Shown: positions 1 to 11,800 of the stretch, piece after piece
Numbering within the stretch: the first letter of the stretch is position 1
Layout of the letters: each line of letters begins with the position of its first letter
Origin: Owenia fusiformis
Taxonomy: Eukaryota
Length of the DNA stretch: 64,000 nucleotides
Reading direction: 5' to 3'
NCBI GenBank assembly: GCA_903813345.2
Contig: CAIIXF020000001.1
Location: forward strand, 41,416,001-41,480,000
Program-made: the position numbers and the translations under genes
The notes under the pieces: model-generated
Database searches by the model: none
What the model saw: the letters and a program-made list of their open reading frames with translations, nothing else
What the model was told of the DNA's origin: nothing

Positions 1-917
1 CAGTATGACAAATTCCAACAAAATTAACAACTACTTACGCCTTTGTAATTTTAAAATCAATAAATTCACTTTCACATACATATGTTTTTAAGCTTCAATA
101 TACATATGTATTTACAGAGAAGGAAGTTTATGTCAAAGTCTATTGATTGCACAAGTTACATATCGTTATGAAGGGTTGTTTTAAGATGATAAGCCCTTTA
201 TGCAATATTTACATGTTACAGAATTGACAAAAGTAAGAAGCTGACAACCTTTAAGTCACCGAGGCCATTGGATGTCGCATTTGTTTTAACCAATCAGGGT
301 AGAGATATAGTATACTGTTTCAACAAATGTGTCCATCTGAATATAGGACTATTGAATGATGTGATGTAAATGTGAATAATTTCAACAACAAAATTAACAT
401 GAAAATTATTTTAAATACAACATGACTAGATATTGTTTTGTTCATTATGTTACCAGGGAGTTTTCTTTCAATTTTAAAATGAGATGTAACAGATGTAGAT
501 CTATTTTTTAAATGGCAAGGTCTAGATTATATTCTATTCAAATTCTATCAATGTGAAACCATACATGTATATCTACTTTAAATGAGGTTATTAGCTTTTC
601 GCAAATTATTGATGTAGATGTTTAAAAATAAAGTTGTATGTGATACTGCTTCTGATGGTGGGACCATTGACTCAATGGGAGTTTCCAGTCCATTTCTGTA
701 AGTCCATGCATGGGCTTCAAGACTCTTGAAAGCCCATGGGTCATGTCATCAAATACAGCCCTGTATCTCCACGGCCATAAACCTGACAAAATGAGTGAAG
801 GGGGATTGTACAGTTTCTGCTGGAAAATTCAACAAACAAATCTGCAAGATTTATTTTAGTTGCCATTTTATTAGCATTTACTTGTATTGTATTTCGTATT
901 ATATAAGAATATTACCT

Positions 918-1434
918 ACTCCATGCAATAGGTATATCATTTGCGGGTAGCCGTCACTTCAGTTTGAAGTCCAATAATGCTAGGAGTAAAAGCTATTGAA
1001 AATGGCACCAGAGTATCATACTCTAAAATGTCTTGCTTAACTTTTTAATGGTACAATATAGTGACATGATAATATTTACTTATGTTTTTAATATAATTCT
1101 GAATGTATAAGCGAGATCTAGAGATATTGGGTCTTTTAATTGTTTTTCATATGAAAAATCAATGTTTAATTTTTTTAACCACCCTGGGGGAGTAGTTCCG
1201 AAAGTGAAATACATATAGATCTCATTAATAACAAGTATGAGTTATACGGAAAACATATGTAAATATTATCATATCACCTTTATTGTGCTACTAAAGTTAA
1301 AAAAGAAATGGTACATAATTTAGAATATGATACTCTGGCACCATTTTCAATAGCTGTTACATTTTCAATAGCATTATTGGACTTTAAACAGAAATGAAAG
1401 TTACCCGTAAATTATATACCCAATTGCATGGAAT
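918..1434. mobile_element. Palindromic MITE with long imperfect terminal inverted repeats (TIRs), probably TA-flanked (Tc1/mariner-like)
   Basis: Left TACTCCATGCAA...GTCCAATAATGCTA...CCAGAGTATCATA is mirrored by TATGATACTCTGG...TAGCATTATTGGAC...TTGCATGGAATA. Confidence 0.7.
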
Positions 1435-1596
1435 ATATACTTTTCTTTGTTATAACAAAACATATGAGGTGAAAAATTATTTTCTTAGTGTTTTCATTTA
1501 TTTGTCATTTATGACAACAGTTCATTGCAATTTTCTTTTTATTATAACAGTATTGTTAAATTAATGGCAATTGTTTATTTAAATGTTTATGTATCA

Positions 1597-1743
1597 GTGG
1601 TAGTGTGATTAACAATTGAAGTTAACGATGCATAAGTCCGCAGACCAAAATTTATCATACAATCTTATGACTGGTAGTGTGATTAACAATTGAAGTTAAT
1701 GATGCATAACCGCAGACCAAAATTAATCATACAATCTTATGAC
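1597..1743. repeat. ~75-bp direct tandem duplication (2 copies) just upstream of gene 1
   Basis: TGGTAGTGTGATTAACAATTGAAGTTAA...CGCAGACCAAAATT...ATACAATCTTATGACT occurs twice. Confidence 0.9.
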
Positions 1744-1799
1744 TAAGCACAGTTTACTTTAAAAGCCAGGCAAGAAGACAATAATTTAGGAGGAGCAAA

Positions 1800-4700
1800 A
1801 TGTGGTAAGAGATAATTTATGAAATTGCTTTTATGACAATAATGTTTGAAGCAAAAACCAATTTTGGATGTTCCTGAACAATGATTTTTCTTTATACAGT
1901 AATTGAATTTCTGAGGATATGCAGTTTTGTTTCTGTGTGATCTTCATAATAAGTTTGGAAAGCGGCTAGCTTGGATGACCTTGACGAGCTGTACATGTTG
2001 CAGTTAAAATTGAACATTTACACATTTGAAACATTCACTTTTACAATGGTGGTAAATGATAATCTTAACTCTTACATAACTGCGCTCATAATTAGCATGG
2101 TGCCTGACTAGGGTTAAGAGAGATTTTCATTTGATAAATAAATTCATCAATAAAATCAGCATTTTTCGTAAAAAATATGGGCATCGAGCATCAAGTTAAA
2201 TTGATAAACAGCTCAGATATTGTACATATCACACAATGCAAACACCACAATGTATATCCAGGACCAATGGTATGTGTGATTTATATTATGAAATTCAGAT
2301 AAGCCTATTGTATTTTTTAAAATATGATGATCGAAGAAATGGTTTTATTATGTCACCACCAAAAAGTGGTGACATATTGTTATGGTCTCGGTTTTTTTGT
2401 GATGGCAGTTGGTGATTAGCGGTTGGCGTCTGTATCAATTCTTAAAACTTCCAATAACTTAACAAATACTGTTTAGACTGACTTCAGTAATTGTGACCAA
2501 CTAGGTGGTGACAATTTGTCATGTTAATGCCTTGTCTATTATTGCATTGATATGAAACAGAACTAAAGTTGATATATGAGATTGAAACAGAATATATTTT
2601 TTTAATTTGTCAGGTTCTTGGAATTACTTGTGGTTCTTTTTATTACCACCATATTGTTTCGAACAAGTCACGGAAGAGTTGGTCACCATAAGAAATGTGC
2701 TGTGAATAGTACAGCTCAAGTTGAAAAGTATGACAGGGTGTTTGTGTTTGCTGGGGAGGCCAAGAAAGTTATCTTAAAAAGACAACCCTGGCCAGAGTCT
2801 GCGTACGAGCTTCATAAGTTAGCAGGAAGGGAAACAAGGAAACAGATTATACAAGAAGGTATTACAAAGGTAGAAAAACAATAACTCCCCAGGGAATCGT
2901 TCTTGGAAGTGTCATTACGAAAAGTAGACATTGGTTTTCTCAGAATCGTAAGTTACGATCCTACCAAAAATGAACTCCTGAATGAAATCCCACAAGGGGA
3001 GCTTGAATCTCACTATCAATTTGATCACTATAGACATAGACATCTCATATTGGGATTCATTACCTCAATTTTAATTCCAATTTGAATACCAATACAAATC
3101 TCAATATAGTAGTTTATATCAATATAGCAAAGGATGTTTAGATCTACTTCTCTGCAACAAATATGTAGATTCATAATCATAACCTCTGTTTGAATCTCAA
3201 TACCAATACCAATATGATTTCATATTAGGATTCATAATTATAATATCTGTTTGAATCTCAATACCGATACCAATATGATTTCATATTAGGATTCATAATC
3301 ATAATATCTATTGAATCTCAATACCGATACCAATATGATTTCATATTAGGATTCATAATCATAATATCTGTTTGAATCTCAATACCGATACCAATATGAT
3401 TTCATATTAGGATTCATAATCATAATATCTGTTTGAATCATGTACAAAATGTGTACAATATGTCCCCACCAATGGGTGATCCCGTCAAATGGTTATCCTG
3501 AAAATGAGTAGACAAGACTTTACCGTTACAATTTTGGGATGGTAAATGCAAAATGGCCATCTTAAAATTTACCCAGAATGCCAAAAAATTAGTCAGCTTT
3601 AGATTTTCATACTAAGAACCAACCCTGAAAATTTGAAATTGATCCGTCAAACAGTACACCAATAAAAGCGTACACAAGACTTCACAGACAAGATTTTAGG
3701 ACTGAAATATCCAAAATGGCTGCCTTGACATTTGCCCAGAATGCCAAAAAACTAATCAGCTCTAGATTTTCATACTAAGAATCATCCCTGAAAATTTGAA
3801 ATTGATCTACCAAACGGTTCACCTGAAAACAAGTAGACAAGACTTTACAGACAAGATTTTAGGACGGAAAATCCAAAATGGCTGCCTTGACATTTATCCA
3901 GAATGCCAAAAAACTAATCAGTTCTAGATTTTAATACAAGGAATCATCCCTGAAAATTTGAATTTGATCTACCAAACGGTTCACCTGAAAACACACAGAC
4001 AAGACTTTACAGGCAAGATTTTAGGACGGAAAATCCAAAATGGCTGCCTTGACATTTACCCAGAATGTCAAAAAACTAATCAGATCTAGATTTTCATACT
4101 AAGAATCATCATTAAAAATTTGAAATTGATCTACCAAATGGTTCACCTGAAAACACTTAGACAAGAGGTACTTTACAGACAAGATTTTAGGACGGAAAAT
4201 CCAAAATGGCTGCCTTGACATTTACCCAGAATGCCAAAAAACTAATCAGATCTAGATTTTCATACTAAGAATCATCCCTGAAAATTTGAAATTGATCTAC
4301 CAAACGGTTCACCTGAAAACGCGTAGACAAGACTTTACAGACAAGATTCTAGGACGGAAAAATCCAAAATGGCCGACAATAAAAAAGTGATTATTAGTTT
4401 TTGCTGATTTCTTTTTACAAAATTATCACATATAACTACTGTTAACAATAACATAGGCTTCTACAATAAAGTACACCTGGAATTATTTATAAAGCTACTA
4501 AATAGTTACAGTATGAAAGCTCAAAAACACCGTTCAATATGATATAAAGTATTAACGCGCGCTAACTTTTCTTAAGACATTCAAAATGGCTGCCACGACT
4601 GAGCTAACAGGTCAAAAACCTAATCAGATGTAGAATGAAGTAAGCTGAACAAGATGTTAAAGTTTTAAAAGCAACTGTGTAGCCGTTTTTCTTAAAAGTT

Positions 4701-5463
4701 TGCAGACAAGGATTTTAGCATTTGACTTCAAAATGGCCGACAGGAAGTAGGTATCGAGTTAAAAGTTTTTCTTCCACATCTGTATGCACTCATAAGTTAT
4801 CCCTGAAAATTTGAAGGTGATATCTGTAGCGGGTTTGGAGAAAACTGCCGGACGGACGGACGCGCCTAGGCCGACAATATGGCCCCACATATGTGGTGGG
4901 GACATAAATTGTTGATAGACTGTATTATTAATACATGGTGATTTTTCTCTATAGGAAGGAATGCTCTTGATTACTTCAAGAACAGATATGGACTAAATGT
5001 GAGCCATTTAATTACTGATGACCAGATTTACAATGGTGAGGATGTAGCATTTGGAAATTTTACATTCGTACACGAGGTTCACTATCTCAATGAAGGTCCC
5101 TATCGATTGATAATGGAATCAAAGGGAGATACAGCTCACTATTATAACAACCCACCAGAAGTTGGCTTAGTTGCTTTTAGTTTGGACATTCACGAGGACC
5201 TCAATGCGGGAGGTACCTTTGACAAAACTTTGTATCCTGGAGATTCACTAGGTTATGGAGATTACATCATTAAAACACCTAAGCGCTGTTCAATTGATGG
5301 TTTGACTGTTATTCATTTTCTTGCTAAATCGGTGAGCTATAAAGGAGGATATGCTGTTATCACACATGCTGACTATGGGACAGGTTCATATCAACTATCA
5401 CTAGTAACACATGATGATGGTGTAATTCGAGGAGTTAATGTGCTTCGTTTTCCAGCTCAATAA
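1800..5463 (+). CDS. Uncharacterised secreted protein, ~252 aa, 3 exons
   Basis: Exons 1800-1804 (ATG TG|gtaaga), 2614-2858 (ttgtcag|G...GAA G|gtatta) and 4955-5463 (ctctatag|GA AGG) join in phase to 759 nt. N-terminus MWFLELLVVLFITTILFRTSHG looks like a signal peptide. Exons match ORF-track frames 2618 and 4999. No family recognised. Confidence 0.75.
2351..2535 (+). mobile_element. Short HINE/Helentron-like non-autonomous element without an internal array (family A)
   Basis: 5' hairpin TGTCACCACCAAAAAGTGGTGACA and 3' GGTGGTGACA.TTTGTCATGTTAATGCCTTGT; same termini as 35817-36226 and, inverted, 9436-11402. Confidence 0.65.
3172..3440. repeat. ~59-60-bp minisatellite, ~4.5 copies
   Basis: Repeated TGAATCTCAATACCGATACCAATATGATTTCATATTAGGATTCATAATCATAATATCTG. 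Confidence 0.9.
3440..4908 (-). mobile_element. HINE/Helentron-like element carrying a ~162-bp tandem array (~5-6 copies)
   Basis: Sub-terminal inverted TGTCCCCACC / GGTGGGGACA, terminal hairpins and a GGAC microsatellite at ~4850; CCAAAATGGC recurs at 3711, 3873, 4035, 4201 and 4364. Confidence 0.75.
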
Positions 5464-5546
5464 CAATTACACCTTAAGTCAAATATACAATGTATCAACA
5501 ATCACTTAAATGAGTATTCTGTTACTTATGTCTTAATATACATGTA

Positions 5547-6195
5547 GACACCGGAATAGCCTGACAACGGTAAAGTCAGATACCGTTGTCACAAATGGTG
5601 GACATAACTTAATCACTTGGTCCTCGTTTCATGGGACTTTATCGTTGCTAATTCTGTGCATGTGTTAAGCTCATGTGATGAATATGATGTATTATATGAA
5701 ATCCAAATTTCTATCAAATGGGGTCGTGAATCGCCACAATATAGCATCTTCGATATCATCAATGGCAACCGAATCTGAGTTTGAAATAATTTACAAAGAC
5801 AACGGCATATGGTAAGATGTGACAATGGACTATGGTGGATGTATTGTATTGGAACATAGGAAAGAGACAACAGTAAATAGACACTTTACAGTTGTCTTTA
5901 CATATACCTTTGTCAAATATTACCATTGTCACCTCGATTTTACATCACATTTGACCCACACCTGCCGTTGTCATTTATACAGTATCTGTTGTCCTGTTAC
6001 ATATTCCGATCGGTAAAATTAAAGCCTTTATTTCAATGGTAGAACATATTAATCTATATGTATATGATCAGTAGGAATTTAATCTAGGCGCTCTATTAAA
6101 CATACAGTTCATGAAAAACTAATTGAAGCGACGGTTTTGTCCACCATTTGTGAGAACGGTATTTGACTTTACCATTGTCAGGCTACTCCGATGTG
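5547..6195. mobile_element. Non-autonomous TIR element, CAC-type terminus, 5-bp TSD (Transib/CMC-like)
   Basis: ~60-bp TIRs (gACACCGGAATAGCCTGACAACGGTAAAGTCA / TGACTTTACCATTGTCAGGCTACTCCGATGTG) flanked by ATGTA at 5542-5546 and 6196-6200. Confidence 0.75.
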
Positions 6196-6794
6196 ATGTA
6201 AAAGCTTTGGTGGAGGAAGTTGACTTTTTGGTGGCCATCTTGCATTCTGGCAGCCATCTTGGAAGTTTTAGATAAATCTTGTCATCATGACTCCAGGAAA
6301 TTCACTTTACGGATTTACTTCAAATTTTTACACATGCTACATGGTAAGAAGTTCTAGAGCTGATTAACTTTTTGGTGGCCAACTTGCATTATGGTGGCCA
6401 ACTTGCATTATGGTGGCCATCTTGGAAGTTTTTAGATAAATCTTGTCATCGTGATTCTAGGAAAACCACTCAACGGATTTACTTTTTTTCAATTGTAAGA
6501 AGTTCTAGAACAGATTAACTTTTCAGTGGCCATCTTGCTTTCTGGGTCATCAAGCCCAAACTGCTATGTTTTAGGTACGATATTGTTCACCCTGTGCCTT
6601 GTTGAAGTTGACAAACCATTGACATTAATTCAATCAGTCAAGATCATGTCATTTGTGATAGAGCCCTCCACATTGCCACATGTACATCATAAGTGTTCTT
6701 ATAGAATATGAAACTAGCACTTGCCAAATATATTTGTACACCAAAAGTCACTTGGGGTCAAATAGGTCATTTTAGAGTTTGAACAATGGACGAT

Positions 6795-7028
6795 AGAATA
6801 GACGTTTCCGATAAATCGTCCCATCTTTTGATCCATCGGGGAAACTATTACTTATTGGCTAGATTGATGATGTCATTGGTTGTAGGTAGCAAACTGCCCA
6901 TTCAAAAATGGTATTAACTTTTTGCTAATTTTACAAAAGTACAACCTATGACATCATCAATCTAGCCAATATATTGTGGTTTCTCTGATGGATTAAAAGA
7001 TGGTACGATTTATCGGAAACATCTATTG
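6795..7028. mobile_element. Small palindromic MITE
   Basis: AATAGACGTTTCCGATAAATCGT...TGGCTAGATTGATGATGTCA is mirrored by TGACATCATCAATCTAGCCA...ACGATTTATCGGAAACATCTATT. Confidence 0.75.
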
Positions 7029-8651
7029 TAAAATGTGTAGCACACTGGGTGAAATTTCAAATGATATTTCAAAGCTAAAATTATTACATAGATTCCAAAC
7101 ATTAAGCTAAGTGCATAATTCATATCTGTATATCATATCCCCAAAATATCTATAATTCATAAGAAACATTTGAAAAGGATGTTTATGTGCATATTTAGTT
7201 TATTTATAGGCTATACGTATAATATGGATAAATTATAATTGGTCCCTGAAGTTTGTGATATTCTAAGAATGCACTATGAAGTTTGTAATGTTCTTATGGC
7301 CTATATCCTACAAAGAGTACAATGCGTATTTAACAAGGCACAACAGCATAGCACATGCACAAATATACTAGAGCAAGTAACGTAGCATCTTTTGAAATAT
7401 CCATTTGAATGTAAAAGGTCTAAAAATGTACATCAGGTTGTTTTTGAGTGATTTCTATATATATTTCAAAATGAGTAAAAAATTTATGCTAGACTATGTT
7501 ATACAAATACAATGCTACAAAATAACAAAAAGGGCAATGTGTACCTTATCTTCCATACAATTTTCCCACATTCAATTTCAAAAATAAAAATCCATAATTT
7601 ATTTTTACTCTTCTATACTTTTAGATGATGATTTTCCACATCTCTGACTGATCAGCAGTTTTTACATATTATAATTTAAACTACTCGTATTAATTACTAT
7701 GCTTCGGAAGCACGATAGCAAAATTTACAAACATTGATAAAAAATGAATGAAATGTACACATATATTACAAACATTTACATTAATATATTCCCCTAGAAC
7801 AAACATGAAGTATATTTCTGAGTTGTCTATGCATCTATGATATGGAATTCTTTAGAATGCCTTACAGAGTTTGAATGTTAACATAAAAGAGACAGATATA
7901 TCTGTTAGGATAAACCCAATACCGAAACTTCCCACTTTTTACAACAAGGTAATAATTGATATATTTCAGCAGAATCCAGTCATTCTCATTCAGGTAAATG
8001 CTGAACTTACTAATTCTGAATTCATTGCAAGTCATTGAACAGGAAAATACTTCATTAAGTTAAAGCATTTTATAGTGAGACATTTTGCACATGTACATGC
8101 TTTTGTTGAATATCTATCTAATTCATTGCAGTGAAATGGTTATGTATCGGTCTATATTTCCCTTTAATTAGTTAAGCTCATTTCATTTACTTTTGTTAGT
8201 TAAATTTTTTAGACTATGTTAATATCTTTATAGACAATTATTATATCGGATGTGATGTCATTAACTTGTAGAAATTGTAATAAAAAGTTTCAATAATTTT
8301 GAATGAAAACAATGCTTCCAAAAATCAATGACATCATGAATCAAAGAGAATAAATGTACTCCCACTAGCCAGTTTCTTTGGAGTAGCAAATGAGGCAAGA
8401 CTGATTTTCATTCCTCATGTACACATCGTACCATTTCTATGGCAACCAAGGAAGCCAATGGGGGGATTGATTTCACACTTCTGTGCCACTTACAGGTTAT
8501 TAATAATAGACATGGAAAATCGAAGCCAAAAGGGGTATAAACCTAATGTTGGACTTTATTTCAACAGTTTTATCTAAATTTTGGAATGTATATTTCCCAG
8601 AAAAATCTTTCCTTGAGCCTTGCTATGCTGCTAGCTTTTAACATATATATT

Positions 8652-8768
8652 GTACACTCCTGGCGTTCAATGTGTTTTCTATGTTGTACACTCCTGGCAT
8701 TCAATGTGTTTTCTATATTATACACTCCTGGCGTTCAATGTGTTGTCTATGTTTAATACACTCCTGGT
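8652..8768. repeat. ~36-38-bp minisatellite (3+ copies) in the Rab32 3' UTR
   Basis: TACACTCCTGGCGTTCAATGTGTTTTCTAT repeated. Confidence 0.85.
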
Positions 8769-8806
8769 TCTAACTATTGTATAGTTTATGTAATCTCTTC
8801 CGTGTG

Positions 8807-11800
8807 TTAGCAGCATCTACTTTTAGCCACTTCACCCCGAGGTGTTGCCCCGTCCCCTAAAGTAACTCTCTCCTGATCCTGATCAGTGTCACCAAAATTC
8901 ATAGCTTTATCATTCTGTAAAATCTGTAAAATAAACACACATGTTCAATGACACAAAAAGAAACCATAAATAGTGTATGTTATGTCATCTTTAAAGATGT
9001 ATTCAATAATATACAAAACAATACATCAAATATAAATTAAATAATAAAGCATCTTGAATTATGTATTATTGCAACTTAAAACAAGGCAAAATTCAATTCA
9101 TTTTTGTTTATTATTGACTAAGTTTTTTAGAGCTTCATGTTTGTGCCATTAACTGACTGATTAAAAATATTCAAGTGAAGCCCATTAACTCCTGAAAACC
9201 CCATAAACTCCTGAAAACCCCGCAAACTCCTAAAAACCCCATAAACTCCTGAAAACCTACTTGAGTAACTAAACATCTAGCAGCTTCATCTATGTTGATA
9301 TTTTCCTTAGCTGAGGTTTCGAACCATGAGATAAATCCCTTTTCTTTACAATAGTCTTCCATCTGTGAGGCATTGTTAACCAGACCCTCTTTAGCTTGGT
9401 CACACTAAAACAAACAAGGCATTTCAAAATTATAAAACAAGGCATTAACATGACAAAATGTCACCACCTATTTTGAAAAAAAAAATTAGTCAATTTGAAG
9501 CAAGTTGAAAAAAGACCTTTTTGACCTTTTTTGACCTTGAGAAGGTCATTGAAGGTCAAATGTCAAATCTAAAGTCATATTTGAATTTCTGAGAACATGT
9601 AGATGATTTTGAAAAAATATTTAGTCAATTTGAAGCAAGATGAAAAAATACCTTTTTGACCTTTTTTGACATTGAGAAGGTCATTGAAGGTCAAATGTCA
9701 AATCTAAAGTCAGATTTGAATTTCTGAGAATTTTGAAAAAAAAATTTAGTCAATTTGAAGCAAGCTGAAAAAAGACCTTTTTGACCTTTTTTGACTTTGA
9801 GAAGGTCAAATGTCAAATCTTAAGTCAAATCTAAAGTCAGATTTGAATTTCTGAGAACAAGTAGATGATTTTGAAAAATTTTTTTAGTCAATTTGAAGCA
9901 AGTTGAAAACAGACCTTTTTGACCTTTGGTCAAATGTCAAATCTTAAGTCAAATCTTAAGTCAGATTTGAATTTCCGAGAACACATAGATGATTTTGAAA
10001 AAAAAATTTAGTCAATTTGAAGCAAGTTGAAAACAGACCTTTTTGACCTTTTTTGACCTTGAGAAGGTCATTGAAGGTCAAATATCAAATCTAAAGTCAG
10101 ATTTGAATTTCTGAGAACATGTAGATGATTTTGAAAAAAAAAATTAGTCAATTTGAAGCAAGTTGAAAAAAGACCTTTTTGACCTTTTTTGACTTTGAGA
10201 AGGTCAAATGTCAAATCTTAAGTCAAATCTAAAGTCAGATTTGAATTTCTGAGAACACGTAGATGATTTTGAAAAAATTTTTTAGTCAATTTGAAGCAAG
10301 TTGAAAACAGACCTTTTTGACCTTTTTTGACCTTGAGAAGGTCATTGAAGGTCAAATGTCAAATCTTAAGTCAAATCTTAAGTCAGATTTGAATTTCTGA
10401 GAACACGGAGATGATTTTGAAAAAAAAATTTAGTCAATTAGAAGCAAGTTGAAAACAGACCTTTTTGACCTTTTTTGACCTTGAGAAGGTCATTGAAGGT
10501 CAAATGTCAAATCTAAAGTCAGATTTGAATTTCTGAGAACATGTAGATGATTTTGAAAAAAAAAATTAGTCAATTTGAAGCAAGTTGAAAAAAGACATTT
10601 TTGACCTTTTTTGACTTTGAGAAGGTCATTGAAGGTCAAATGTCAAATCTTAAGTCAAATCTAAAGTCAGATTTGAATTTCTGAGAACACGTAGATGATT
10701 TTGAAAAGATTTTTTAGTCAATTTGAAGCAAGTTGAAAACAGACCTTTTTGACCTTTTTTGACCTTGAGAAGGTCATTGAAGGTCAAATGTCAAATCTTA
10801 AGTCAGATTTGAATTTCTGAGAACACGTAGATGATTTTGAAAAAAAAATTTAGTCAATTTGAAGCAAGTTGAAAACAGACCTTTTTGACCTTTTTTGACC
10901 TTGAGAAGGTCATTGAAGGTCAAATGTCAAATCTACAGTCAGATTCGAAGGTCAAATGTCAAATCTAAAGTCAGATTTGAATTTCTGAGAACATGTAGAT
11001 GATTTTGAAAAAAAATTTAGTCAATGTGAAGCAAGTTGAAAAAAGACCTTTTTGACCTTGAGAAGGTCATTGAAGGTCAAATGTCAAATCTAAAGTCAGA
11101 TTTGAACTTCTGAGAACATGTAGATGATTTAGAAAAAAATTGAAGTCAGTCTAAACAGTATTTGTTAAGTTATAGGAAGTTGTAAGAAATTGTTACAGAC
11201 GCCAACCGCCGGACGCCAACCACCGGACGCCAACCACCAACCGCCGGACGCCGTCGCAAAAAAACGGAGACCATAACAAAATTGAAAATCTAATTTAGTG
11301 TTACCATTATAAAGAAACAGACAGGTTTTTTTCATGTATGCCTGTATGGACATTGAACAATAAAGCATGACAAAACATGACATAACAACATGTCACCACT
11401 TGTTAAAATGGTTACAAAAGTGTGACAGTTGTTACAGATCCCAAAAGCCAACCAACGACACTTCTTGATGGGGAAAAATATATTTCTGTCAAAATAGATC
11501 AAATAAGCCCCACATGTAGTATCAATTTCCAAAAAATTACATCTAAAAATTAAGCGCTGTATGTAGTTGATGAACATGTGATCAATATTTTATTTACTTT
11601 AGCATTAGCCTACCTTATTAGCTAACAAAACACAAGGAATCTGACTGCCATCTGGTAGCTGAACCTTACTGTCCAAGTCATTTTTCCACTTTTGTACAGC
11701 TTCAAATGTAGATGCCCTGGTGACGTCAAATACTATAAAACATCCCACTGCCTCTTTGTAGTATACTCTAGTCATATTTCCAAACCTCTCCTGGCCTGAA

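Noticed and set aside
2859..2884. Alternative donor AAG|gtagaa at 2869 for gene 1
   Set aside because: Phase 0, incompatible with the phase-1 acceptor at 4955
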